A stretch of 64,000 nucleotides of DNA from an uncultured cyanobacterium. GTDB taxonomy: Bacteria > Cyanobacteriota > Cyanobacteriia > PCC-6307 > Cyanobiaceae. Made by a program: the position numbers and the translations under genes. Below the pieces are notes generated by a model. The model was not told where the DNA came from. It saw nothing but the letters and a program-made list of their open reading frames with translations, and did no database searches. The DNA lies in contig CAVONQ010000009.1 in NCBI GenBank assembly GCA_963697335.1, positions 20,413 through 84,412 of the forward strand. Reading direction: 5' to 3'. Below are positions 9,351 to 18,958 of this stretch, piece after piece (the first letter of the stretch is position 1; each line of letters opens with the position of its first letter).

Positions 9351-9530
9351 GCCAACCCCTGTGCGAAGGAAGTCCTTCATTTACAAAGCAAATCTTAAGA
9401 AGGTTTGGTGACCAAATCCAGCCCCAGGGCCAGACCCACAGATTTCTTTGGAATCGAGCGATGGCCATGGGCCTCGCCCCGCTGGCAGGGTGGGACCGGA
9501 CCTCTCGGGGTCCTCCCCGCCGCGACCGCG

Positions 9531-10580
9531 ATGCCCACCGAGCTCAGCCTGCGCCAACCCGACGACTGGCATGTGCACCTGCGCGATGGCCCCATGCTCG
9601 AGGCGGTGCTGCCGGCCACGGCTCGGCAGTTCGCCCGGGCGATCGTGATGCCCAACCTCACCCCGCCGATCACCAGCGTGGCCGCGGCCCGGGCCTATGG
9701 CGAGCGCATCCGCCAGGCCCTGCCTCCGGGGTCGACGTTTGAGCCCCTGCTCACGGCCTACCTCACGGACCACACCGATCCGGCCGAGCTGGAGCGCGGC
9801 TTCCGCGAGGGCGTGTGGGTGGCCTGCAAGCTCTATCCGGCCCGCGCCACCACCAATGCCGATGCCGGGGTGAGTGACATCGAGGCGCTCGGCCCCGTGC
9901 TCGACACCCTGGAACGGATCGGCATGCCCCTGCTTCTGCACGGCGAGGTGACGGATCCCGACATCGACATCTTCGACCGGGAGGCCGTGTTCATCGAGCG
10001 GCATCTGGCGCCGATGCTGCAGCGCCACCCGGGCCTGAAGGCGGTGCTGGAGCACATCACCACCAGCGATGCGGTGGCGTTCGTGCGGGCTGGCTCGGGC
10101 CAGCTGGCGGCCACCATCACCCCCCACCATCTGCACATCAACCGCAACGCCATGTTCCAGGGGGGCCTGCGGCCCGACTTCTACTGCCTGCCGGTGGCCA
10201 AGCGGGAACTGCATCGCCTGGCCCTGCGGGCGGCGGCCACCTCAGGAGATCCGCGCTTCTTCCTGGGCACCGATTCGGCGCCCCACAGCCGCAGAGCCAA
10301 GGAGTCGGCCTGTGGCTGCGCCGGCATCTTCAACGCCCCGTTTGCGATCGAGAGCTACGCGGCGGTGTTCGAGCAGGAGCAGGCCCTCGATCGGCTGGAG
10401 GCCTTTGCCAGTGAATTCGGCCCCCGCTTCTACGGGCTGCCCCTCAACAGCGGCCGCATCACCCTGGTGCGGGAGCCCAGTCAGGTGCCCAGGCGCCTGG
10501 AACTCCACGACAGCGCCGGCGACCCCGTGGAGCTGGTGCCCTTCCACGCCGGTGAGACCCTGCCCTGGCAGCTCAGCTGA
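9531..10580 (+). CDS. pyrC: Dihydroorotase (homodimeric type)
   Basis: PDDWHVHLRDG, KLYPARATTN, LEHITT and FLGTDSAPH motifs. Confidence 0.95.
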   Translation: MPTELSLRQPDDWHVHLRDGPMLEAVLPATARQFARAIVMPNLTPPITSVAAARAYGERIRQALPPGSTFEPLLTAYLTDHTDPAELERGFREGVWVACKLYPARATTNADAGVSDIEALGPVLDTLERIGMPLLLHGEVTDPDIDIFDREAVFIERHLAPMLQRHPGLKAVLEHITTSDAVAFVRAGSGQLAATITPHHLHINRNAMFQGGLRPDFYCLPVAKRELHRLALRAAATSGDPRFFLGTDSAPHSRRAKESACGCAGIFNAPFAIESYAAVFEQEQALDRLEAFASEFGPRFYGLPLNSGRITLVREPSQVPRRLELHDSAGDPVELVPFHAGETLPWQLS

Positions 10581-10593
10581 GGGCCCATTCAGC

Positions 10594-11958
10594 TCACTGC
10601 GGTTGGGGGGGGGATGGCTTCGGGGCGATGGCGCTGCACACCCGCGGCAGGGTGAATCCCTGCAGCAGCAGGTTCAGCACCACCACCACAAACACGATGC
10701 CCTGGGCATTGCGGGCCAGCGGCAGGGCCAGGGCCGCATCGACGCCGGCCAGTTGGGGAATGGCCGCCACCAACTGGTACGAGAGGGCCAGGGGCACGGC
10801 GCCGCGCAGGCCACACCAGGCCACCAGCACCCCCTCCCGGCGGCTGAACGGCGAGAGCGGCTGAAACACCAGCACCCCGAGGGGCCTGGCCACCAGCATC
10901 AGGGCCGCAGCGGTGACGAGGCCCATGGGAATCGCGCTCAGCAGATCCGGCGGCGACACCAGCAGTCCGAACAGCAGAAACACCGTGATCTCGGTCATGG
11001 TGTTGAACGGGAGCAACACCTCCTGGATCGATTCATGGTTCACTTCGGGCCGCCGGTAGCTCATGTTCGTCATGAACACGCCGGTGACATAGACGGCGAT
11101 GAAGCCCGAGCCGCCCAGCAGGTCGGTGAGGCCGTAATCGGCGAAGGCGATCGACATCGCCACCACCAGCAGCTGGGCCCGCTCGGTGACCAGCACATCG
11201 ATCACGAACTTGGCCACGTAGCCGAACAGCACGCCCAGGATCAGCCCGGAGCCGATCTGCTGCACGAAGGCCCGCAGGCTCTCCAGCACCGCCGTGGTCA
11301 CCACGGTCTCGGCCGCCGCCAGACCTGGAGGCTGTCCGGCGGCGCTACCGGCCGCCTGGCTGAACAGCTCGATCAGCAGCCCATACACCAGCAGAGCCGC
11401 TGGATCGTTCACGGCCGATTCGAACTCCAGCAGGTGCTGCAGCCGCAGGGGCACCGGGGGCTTCACCTGGGCCAGCACGCTCAGGGTCGCCCCGGCGTCT
11501 GTGGAGCCCAGGCAGGCGGCCAGCAGGAAGGCGGCGCCGAGGGGGATGCCGTTGCCGAAACCCAGGGCCAGGCCGCTGGCGGTGGCCGATGACAGCCACC
11601 AGATCATTCCCCCCAGCACGCAGGAGGTGACCAGCACTCCCCCCAGGGCCAGCAACAGCCCGTATTCGATGAAGCCCCGGATCGCCTTCAGGTCGGTTTT
11701 CAGGCCGGCGTAGAAGAGCAGCAGGGCCAGGGCGAACACCTGCAGGTTCTCCGCTTCCACATGGGTCACCTCGAGCAGGTTCACGTTCACCACCAGCCCG
11801 AGCAGCAGCACCCCCAGCACGCCGGGAATGCCGAGGCGGATGGAGAAGCGGCTCACCGCCAGCGTGCCCAGAAACAGCACCCCCACGAACAGCAGCCGCC
11901 CCTGGATCGGCACGTCGCTGAGGCCGGCGACCGTTCCGACCAGGGAATGAAACGTCAC
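10594..11958 (-). CDS. CPA1 cation:proton antiporter (NhaP2/CvrA-like)
   Basis: STDAGA, LEFESAVNDP and GLRGAVP motifs; about 12 TM helices. Confidence 0.85.
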   Translation of the reverse strand: MTFHSLVGTVAGLSDVPIQGRLLFVGVLFLGTLAVSRFSIRLGIPGVLGVLLLGLVVNVNLLEVTHVEAENLQVFALALLLFYAGLKTDLKAIRGFIEYGLLLALGGVLVTSCVLGGMIWWLSSATASGLALGFGNGIPLGAAFLLAACLGSTDAGATLSVLAQVKPPVPLRLQHLLEFESAVNDPAALLVYGLLIELFSQAAGSAAGQPPGLAAAETVVTTAVLESLRAFVQQIGSGLILGVLFGYVAKFVIDVLVTERAQLLVVAMSIAFADYGLTDLLGGSGFIAVYVTGVFMTNMSYRRPEVNHESIQEVLLPFNTMTEITVFLLFGLLVSPPDLLSAIPMGLVTAAALMLVARPLGVLVFQPLSPFSRREGVLVAWCGLRGAVPLALSYQLVAAIPQLAGVDAALALPLARNAQGIVFVVVVLNLLLQGFTLPRVCSAIAPKPSPPQPQ

Positions 11959-12106
11959 CGGCTCCGGCTCGCACGATCGGACAGGGCGACCGTAGGCGGC
12001 TCGGCTGGCCGGCGCCGCCGCCGGCAGCCAGCAATAAGAGCTATGTCAGCGGTGGCCCCAGCCATGATCATCTGACTTAGCAACAGGCCAAGCCAGCCTC
12101 AGCGCG

Positions 12107-13660
12107 ATGGGGTTCTTCATTCGCCTCACCGACGCCATCGCCGCCCGCCAGTCCCTCCTGGTCACCGGTCTGGACCCCAACCCCGAGATGCTGCAGAGCT
12201 GGGTGGGTCGCCGCGGCATGTCGGCCCGCTCCTTCCTCAGCCAGGCCCGCCACTGGATCAAGGCTGTCGTGGAGGCCACGGCCCCCCACGTGTGTGCCTA
12301 CAAGCCGAGCCTGGGCTTCTACCAGGCCCTGGGGCCGGTGGGGCTCGAGCTGTTGCTGGAGGTGCGCGACCTGGTGCCGCGGGATCTGCCGCTGATCATC
12401 GACAGCAAGCACGGTGATCTCAATTCCTCCTCGGTCCTGGCCCAGTACCTGTTCAAGGAGCTGGCCGCCGACGCCGTGACCCTCTCGCCGCTGGCCGGAC
12501 AGGACATCGCCGCCCCCTTCCTGCTCTACCCGGACAAGGCGGTGGTGATCACCTGCCACAGCTCCAACCAGGCGGCCCGGCTGATCCAGCACTACCCCAG
12601 CGAGGAGCAACCCCTCTATCTGCGCATCGTGCGCGAGTGCATGCTCTGGGCTACGCCGGAGCAGCTGCTGCTCGAGATCGGCACCAGTGATCCGGCCGTG
12701 CTGGCGCGGGTGCGGCAGGAGGCTCCGGGGCGGTTCCTGATCCTGCGCAGCCTCTGGGGTGTGGAGGAAAACCTGGAGGCGATGCTGGCGGCGGGCCTCT
12801 CCGACGCCGGCGACGGGCTGCTGTTGCCCCTCCCCCAGAACCTGCTGGTGGAAGACGACATCGCCGAGCGCGCCGAGGCCCTCAAGCTGCAGATCAACGC
12901 CACCCGCAACCAGTGGCTGGAGCAGCGCGCCCAGGGGGCGCAGGACCGCTGCGAGCTGTGGTTGCCGGCGCCCCCGCCGCCGCGGACACCCGCCCCCAGC
13001 AACGGCAGGCTGCTGGGCTCCCCCGCCGGCCCAGATCCCGGTGCCGCCGCCGATCTGGATGCCCTGATCGTGGAGCTGTTCGACATCGGCTGCCTCCTGT
13101 TCGGGGACTACGTGCAGGCCTCAGGAGCGGTGTTCAACTACTACATCGACCTGCGCCAGATCATCTCCGACCCCAACCTGTTTCATCGGGTGCTGCATGC
13201 CTATGCGGGCCGCATGGAGGAGCTGGCCTTCGATCGCATCGCCGGCATCCCCTACGGCTCCCTGCCCACGGCCACGGGTCTTTCGCTGCTGCTGCACAAG
13301 CCTCTCATCTATCCGCGCAAGGAGGTGAAGGCCCATGGCGCGCGCCGGCTGATCGAGGGCGACTTCGAGGAGGGGGATCTGGTGGTGGTGGTGGACGACA
13401 TTCTGATCACCGGCAACAGCGTGCTGGCGGGCATTGCCAAGCTGGAGAGTTCCGGGCTGCAGGTGCAGGATGTGGTGGTGTTCATCGACCACGGCGGCGA
13501 CCACGACCGGCGCGCCAAGCAGCGCCTGGCGGCAGCCGGCTACAACTGCCACGCCGTGCTGGGCATCGACACGATCACGGCGGTGCTGCATCGCTCGGGA
13601 CGCCTCACCGACACCCAGGCCAGCCTGCTGCTGCCAGGGGCGGGAGCGGTCGGCCCGTAG
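12107..13660 (+). CDS. pyrFE: Bifunctional OMP decarboxylase / orotate phosphoribosyltransferase (PyrF-PyrE fusion)
   Basis: N-terminal GLDP, YKPSLGFY, DSKHGD; C-terminal YYIDLR, RKEVKAHG, VVVDDILITG PRPP motif; Pro-rich linker. Confidence 0.9.
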   Translation: MGFFIRLTDAIAARQSLLVTGLDPNPEMLQSWVGRRGMSARSFLSQARHWIKAVVEATAPHVCAYKPSLGFYQALGPVGLELLLEVRDLVPRDLPLIIDSKHGDLNSSSVLAQYLFKELAADAVTLSPLAGQDIAAPFLLYPDKAVVITCHSSNQAARLIQHYPSEEQPLYLRIVRECMLWATPEQLLLEIGTSDPAVLARVRQEAPGRFLILRSLWGVEENLEAMLAAGLSDAGDGLLLPLPQNLLVEDDIAERAEALKLQINATRNQWLEQRAQGAQDRCELWLPAPPPPRTPAPSNGRLLGSPAGPDPGAAADLDALIVELFDIGCLLFGDYVQASGAVFNYYIDLRQIISDPNLFHRVLHAYAGRMEELAFDRIAGIPYGSLPTATGLSLLLHKPLIYPRKEVKAHGARRLIEGDFEEGDLVVVVDDILITGNSVLAGIAKLESSGLQVQDVVVFIDHGGDHDRRAKQRLAAAGYNCHAVLGIDTITAVLHRSGRLTDTQASLLLPGAGAVGP

Positions 13661-13702
13661 GCTGAATGTGCGTCCCTGCTACACCCGGACGCCCCCTCCG
13701 CC

Positions 13703-13918
13703 ATGAGCAGCAGCACAGGCCTCACGATCGGGGAGCTCGAGGCCAATTACTCGCTGTATTGCAAGGCCCTGCGGCGGCTGCTGCAGGAAGGTCGCAGCCG
13801 CACCGCCATTGAGCGCACCGTGTGCTGGAGCCGCCTGGCCCAGCTGCACCTCTGCCTGCCCAGCCGCTACAAGGCTCCGGACTACCTCTGCGTCGTGCTC
13901 AAGCGCGATCTCGCCTAG
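13703..13918 (+). CDS. DUF3136-like small cyanobacterial protein (copy 2)
   Basis: LTIGELEANYSLYCKALRRL...RTVCW...RYKAPDYL. Confidence 0.8.
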   Translation: MSSSTGLTIGELEANYSLYCKALRRLLQEGRSRTAIERTVCWSRLAQLHLCLPSRYKAPDYLCVVLKRDLA

Positions 13919-13982
13919 AACTGCCCGAGCCATGGCGGCCCCGCTGCGGGCCACCACCCCCTAGAGCCAGTCAGAAGCCTGC

Positions 13983-16900
13983 GTGAAGTCGATCTCGGAT
14001 CCGTTTCTCCGCCGGCCGGTGCTGACTCTGGTGATCAGCCTGCTCGTGCTGCTGGGTGGCCTGGTGAGCCTGCCGGGGCTCCAGATTGAGAACCTGCCGG
14101 CCATCGCCCCCGGGCGGGTGTCGGTGAGCACGAGCTATCCCGGCGCCAGCCCTGAGGTGGTGGAGCAGGGGGTCACCACCCTGCTGGAGAAGCAGCTCAA
14201 CGGCCTGGAGCGCCTCGATCAGATTCGCTCCACCAGCTCGGCGGGCAGCAGCAGCATCACCCTGAGCTTCGAGGGCGGCGACCCCGAGATCAACCAGATC
14301 AACGCCCAGAACGAGGCGGCGGTGGTGAACCCGCGGCTGCCGCCCCAGGTGGCCCGCTTCGGGGTGCAGGTGCGGCGCAGCTCCGATGACCTGCTGATGG
14401 TGCTGAGCTTCAGCGCAGAGGCCGGCACCTACGACCAGGTCTTCCTCAGCGGCTGGGTGGAGCAGGTGGTGATCGACCGCCTGCAGCGGGTGTCAGGCGT
14501 CGGCGAGGCGCGGCTGTTCGGGGGCAGTCCGCTGGCCTTCCGGCTCTGGCTGGATCCGGCCCGGCTGAACCAGCTGGGGCTCACAATCACTGACGTGCGC
14601 GATGCCCTCGAGGAGCAGAACGTGCTGGCGGCCCTGGGCCAGGCCGGTGAGGCGCCCTCCCCCGATGACCAGATGCTCACCCTGCCGCTGCGCATGGAGG
14701 GCCGCCTGCGCAGCGTGCAGGAGTTCGAAAACCTGGTGGTGGCTCCCACGGCCGAGGGCGGCGTGACCCTGCTGCGCGATGTGGGCCGCGTCACCCTGGG
14801 CAGTGAGGACTACGGCGCCATCGCCACCAACCTGCAGGGCCGCCCCACCGTGGCCATGGGCATCTTCCAGCGCGATGGCAGCAATGCCCTCGAGGTGAGC
14901 GCCGGCATCACCGCGGCCCTCGACGAGATCAGCCAAGGCCTGCCTCCAGGCCTCGACTTCCAGGTGATCATCGATGAGGCTGAAACCGTTCAGCAGAACA
15001 TCGACCGCACATTGGCCAGCCTGCGTGACGCGGTGCTGCTGGTGTTTCTGGCTTTGCTGCTGGGCCTGGGCAACAGCCGCCTGGCCCTGATCTCCGCCCT
15101 GGCCGTGCCCGTGGCCCTGGTGGGGGCCCTCACCGTGCTGCGGCTCACGGACAGCTCGATCAACACCCTCACCCTGTTCGGCATGGTGCTGGCCACCGGG
15201 CTGGTGGTGGATGACGCCATTGTGGTGAGTGAGGACATCGGCCGCCGCATGGAGCGCGGTCAGCCGCCCCAGCAGGCGGCCCGCGAGGCGATGGCGGAAC
15301 TGGGCGGCGCTGTGGTGGCCACCTCCCTGGTGCTGATCGCGGTGTTTCTGCCGGTGCTCACCCTGCAGGGCAGCACCGGCAGGCTGTTCGCGCCGATCGG
15401 CCTCACGATCGGAGCCACGATCGTGTTCTCCACCTTCAACGCCCTCACCTTCACGCCGGTGGCGGCCAGCCGGTTGCTCAAGGCCGGCGGCCAGGAGGCC
15501 CGCTGGCTGCTGCGCTGGATCGACCCGCCGCGGCGGGCCCTCGAATCCCTGGAGGGGCCCTATGACCGCTGGCTCACCCGGGCCCTGGGCTGGAAGCGCC
15601 GCATCGTCGCCCTGCTGCTGGTGGGCCTGGTGGTGACGGCCTTCGCCTATCAGCAGCGCCCCAAGGCCTTCATCCCCCAGGAGGACGGCAGCCAGCTGCG
15701 CGGCATCGTGGTGCTGCCCGATGGCATGGCACTGCAGCGCACCCAGGCGGTGATGGAGGAGGTGCGCCAGGTGGTGGCGAGCGAGCCCCAGATCGTGACG
15801 GGCAACTTCTACGCCGGCCGCTCCTTTGGCGACAGCAGCCCCAACAAGGGCATCTTTTTCCTGCGGCTCAAGCCGGTGGAGGAACGCCCTGGGCGGGAGC
15901 TGACCCCTGCCGCTCTGGCGGGCCGGCTCAACCGGGAGCTTGCCGGTCGCATCGACAACGCCCAGGTGGTGGTGATCGAGGCCCCCACGGTGCGGGGTTT
16001 CGGCAGCGAGGGCGGCATCGAACTCGACCTGCTGGACACCAGCGGCGGGCGGCTGAGCCTCACTGACTTCCAGGAGGCGGCCCAGGCCTTCATTGACGCC
16101 GCCCAGGCCAGTGGTGACTTCGATCGCGTCGACACCCGCTTCCGGGCCGATGCCCCCCTGGTGCGGCTAGAGCCCGATCGCCTGCAGCTGGCCTCCCTCG
16201 GCGTGGATCTCGAGGAAGTGGTGGAGGTGCTCGGCGCCAGCTTCGGCAGCGAATACGTCAACGACAGCTTCGAGGGCGATCGCGTCCGCCGCGTGATCGT
16301 GCAGCTGGAGGGCTCCGATCGGCGCAATGTGCAGGACGTGCTCGCCCTGCAGGTGCGGGGCCGCGACGACACCCTGGTGCCTCTGGCCCAGGTGGTGCGG
16401 GTGGAGGAGAGCACCGGCCCCACGGTGATCAACCACACCCGGCTGGTGCGCTCGATCGCCATCCGGGCCCAGGCCCGGGCCGGGGTGAGCACCGGCCAGG
16501 CCATGGACCGGCTGCGGCAGGTGCGCCGCGAGCTGGGCAGCACCGCCACCGACCTGGAGTGGGCTGGCCTGGCCCGGGAGGAGGCCCGCGCCGGCGGCTC
16601 CAATGAGGGGGTGTTCCTGCTGGCGGTGCTGGTGATGCTGCTGGTGCTGGCCGGGCTCTACGAGAACTTCATCGACCCGATGATCATCCTGGTGACGGTG
16701 CCCCTGGGGCTGCTGGGGGGCATCGCCGGCCTGGCGATTCGCGACCTGCCCCTGGATGTGTATGGCCGTGTGGGGCTGTTGGTGCTGGTGAGCCTGGCGG
16801 CCAAGAACGGCATCCTGATCGTGGAGTTCGCCAACCAGCGCCTGGCGGCCGGCCTGCCCCTGGAGGAGGCGATCCACGGCGCGGCCGTGGCCCGGCTGCG

Positions 16901-17135
16901 GCCGATCCTGCTCACGGCGATTTCCTCCCTGGCGGGCTTCCTGCCGCTGGTGTTCGCCAGCGGCGCCGGAGCGGCCAGCCGCACCAGCATCGGCACGGTG
17001 GTGTTCGCCGGGTTGCTGGTGGCCACGGTGCTGAGCCTGTTCGTGGTTCCGGTGGTGTACCGGATCGTCAAGGGCTGGGAGCTGGGCCGTGCCGAGCGGC
17101 TGAAGCTTGCAACTGATGGCGGCGACGGGGCTTGA
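13983..17135 (+). CDS. RND efflux transporter permease (AcrB family)
   Basis: 1050 aa; GLVVDDAIVV, AKNGILIVEF and RLRPILLT proton-relay motifs. Confidence 0.93.
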   Translation: MKSISDPFLRRPVLTLVISLLVLLGGLVSLPGLQIENLPAIAPGRVSVSTSYPGASPEVVEQGVTTLLEKQLNGLERLDQIRSTSSAGSSSITLSFEGGDPEINQINAQNEAAVVNPRLPPQVARFGVQVRRSSDDLLMVLSFSAEAGTYDQVFLSGWVEQVVIDRLQRVSGVGEARLFGGSPLAFRLWLDPARLNQLGLTITDVRDALEEQNVLAALGQAGEAPSPDDQMLTLPLRMEGRLRSVQEFENLVVAPTAEGGVTLLRDVGRVTLGSEDYGAIATNLQGRPTVAMGIFQRDGSNALEVSAGITAALDEISQGLPPGLDFQVIIDEAETVQQNIDRTLASLRDAVLLVFLALLLGLGNSRLALISALAVPVALVGALTVLRLTDSSINTLTLFGMVLATGLVVDDAIVVSEDIGRRMERGQPPQQAAREAMAELGGAVVATSLVLIAVFLPVLTLQGSTGRLFAPIGLTIGATIVFSTFNALTFTPVAASRLLKAGGQEARWLLRWIDPPRRALESLEGPYDRWLTRALGWKRRIVALLLVGLVVTAFAYQQRPKAFIPQEDGSQLRGIVVLPDGMALQRTQAVMEEVRQVVASEPQIVTGNFYAGRSFGDSSPNKGIFFLRLKPVEERPGRELTPAALAGRLNRELAGRIDNAQVVVIEAPTVRGFGSEGGIELDLLDTSGGRLSLTDFQEAAQAFIDAAQASGDFDRVDTRFRADAPLVRLEPDRLQLASLGVDLEEVVEVLGASFGSEYVNDSFEGDRVRRVIVQLEGSDRRNVQDVLALQVRGRDDTLVPLAQVVRVEESTGPTVINHTRLVRSIAIRAQARAGVSTGQAMDRLRQVRRELGSTATDLEWAGLAREEARAGGSNEGVFLLAVLVMLLVLAGLYENFIDPMIILVTVPLGLLGGIAGLAIRDLPLDVYGRVGLLVLVSLAAKNGILIVEFANQRLAAGLPLEEAIHGAAVARLRPILLTAISSLAGFLPLVFASGAGAASRTSIGTVVFAGLLVATVLSLFVVPVVYRIVKGWELGRAERLKLATDGGDGA

Positions 17136-17166
17136 GCGGCCCCAGGAGCGGCTGGCTGGGCTGATC

Positions 17167-18051
17167 TCAGGGGGAGGGTCTCTCCGGTGGGGTATCTGCC
17201 GCTGGCGGCTCCTTGGGCGTGGGCGGCCTCAGCCTGGCCTTGGGGAAATGGGGCGCCTGCACCGACGGCAGCACCGGCTCCAGGGGGAGGGGCGATTCAG
17301 GCTCATGCACCCATTCGCTGGCTGAGAAGCGACTCACCAGCAGGCCCATCACCGCCGCGATGTAAAAGGTGCCAACGACCGCCAGCCCCACGCTGATCAT
17401 CTGGGCCACGGGAGTGAGCGGCGTGATGTCGCCATAGCCCGTGGTGGTGAGGCTGGCGAAGGCGAAATAGTTCAGCCGCACGAAGTTGAGCCTCCACACC
17501 GGATACACCTGGTCTGCGCTGGTGGCGATCACTGCTGGGAAGCTGACGTTGCTGAAGCTGTTCGGCTGGATCGTCTCCAGGGCTGAACAGATCAGGCCAC
17601 CGGCGAGGCCCAGCATCAGATACCCGGCCACGCTGCCCCGCAGCACATCAGGGGTCACCCGGCGCTCGAGGGCCAGCCCCCGGATCAGCCGCACCGCACT
17701 CCAGAGGCTGAACAGGGCCCAGAGGATCAGCACTGGCAACCCCGACTGCCCCAGCGGCACCGGCGTGAGGTACCAGAGCAAGGCGCTGCCGAGGGCTCCC
17801 CAGCCCAGCAGCTTGAACAGCCGCCGCGGTGTCGCCCCGCACTGCAGCCGCTCCACCGGCTCACCCAGGCCCAGGATCAACACCACCCCGAGGCCGATGT
17901 AGCCCAGCGATGAGAGCCGGTACCACGGCGGCGGCAGGGCCAGGCAGGCCATCACCTGCAGGCAGATCCCGAGCAGCAGCTTGTAGGTGAGGTGCAGCCG
18001 CAGCAGCCGGGTGCGCTGGCGCGTCATGACGACCTGGGGAGCAGTCCCCAT
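17167..18051 (-). CDS. Potassium channel family protein
   Basis: YFAFASLTTTGYGDITP selectivity filter; several TM helices; start could be 18027. Confidence 0.82.
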   Translation of the reverse strand: MGTAPQVVMTRQRTRLLRLHLTYKLLLGICLQVMACLALPPPWYRLSSLGYIGLGVVLILGLGEPVERLQCGATPRRLFKLLGWGALGSALLWYLTPVPLGQSGLPVLILWALFSLWSAVRLIRGLALERRVTPDVLRGSVAGYLMLGLAGGLICSALETIQPNSFSNVSFPAVIATSADQVYPVWRLNFVRLNYFAFASLTTTGYGDITPLTPVAQMISVGLAVVGTFYIAAVMGLLVSRFSASEWVHEPESPLPLEPVLPSVQAPHFPKARLRPPTPKEPPAADTPPERPSP

Positions 18052-18092
18052 GCAACACCCGGGCGAGGGCTGCCGCCACAGCCTGGCCGGCC

Positions 18093-18869
18093 TCAGGGGC
18101 TGCTCTCCAGCAGGCAGTTCACCGCCAGCTCGAACGGCACCGCCGTGGCGGGCAGGGCCAGCAGGTGGGCCACCGTGGCGGCGAGATCCTCGGGCTGGGT
18201 CATGGCCTCCTTCTCGATCGTGCTCACGGCGGCGGCCATGGCGGTGTTCACCCAGCCGGGGCACAGGGCCGTGACCCGGATGCCTGAGTCCCAGCCCTCG
18301 TTGCGCATCGCCTGGCACAGGCCCATCAACGCGAACTTGCTCACCCCGTAGGCGGCCAGGCTGCCCTTCACCCGCTTGCCGCTCATCGACACCAGCACCA
18401 CGAGTCGTCCGTCGCCGCACGCCTGCAGGTGGGGCCAGGCGGCGCGGCCCAGGCGCCAGGGGCCCATCAGGTTCACCTCGAGCAGGCGGGCAATCTCGGC
18501 CTCCTCGCCCGGCCGGTAGCAGACCCTGGCCCGTGACAGGAGGCCGGCGCTGGGCACCAGGGCCTCCACCCCACCCCAGCGCTCGGCCGTGGCCGCCACC
18601 CAGGTCTCGGCGCTGTCGGACTGCTCCGGGGCGGCCAGGGCGTCGTAGGCATGGACCGACAGGGTGCCGGCGTCCTCGCTCCAACCCAGCTGCTGCAACG
18701 TGTCGCGCACGGCGGCCGGATCGCGCACCCCCAGGCTGAGCCGGTGCCCCTCGCTGAGCAGTCTCAGGGCCACCGCCAGGCCGATGCCGCGGCTGGCTCC
18801 GCTCACCATCACGGTGCGGGGGGAGTGGGTGCCCGCCGGGCCTGGGCGCTGGGAACGGGTTGCGGCCAT
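18093..18869 (-). CDS. Short-chain dehydrogenase/reductase
   Basis: SGASRGIG, YGVSK (YxxxK) and CPGWVNT motifs. Confidence 0.88.
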   Translation of the reverse strand: MAATRSQRPGPAGTHSPRTVMVSGASRGIGLAVALRLLSEGHRLSLGVRDPAAVRDTLQQLGWSEDAGTLSVHAYDALAAPEQSDSAETWVAATAERWGGVEALVPSAGLLSRARVCYRPGEEAEIARLLEVNLMGPWRLGRAAWPHLQACGDGRLVVLVSMSGKRVKGSLAAYGVSKFALMGLCQAMRNEGWDSGIRVTALCPGWVNTAMAAAVSTIEKEAMTQPEDLAATVAHLLALPATAVPFELAVNCLLESSP

Positions 18870-18958
18870 GGCGGGGAGCATCCAGGGAGCCGCCATCCTC
18901 CCCGGGCTGCCCCAGGCGCCGGATCTGACGGATGATGGGTTGCTGGCCCCGGGTCCCC

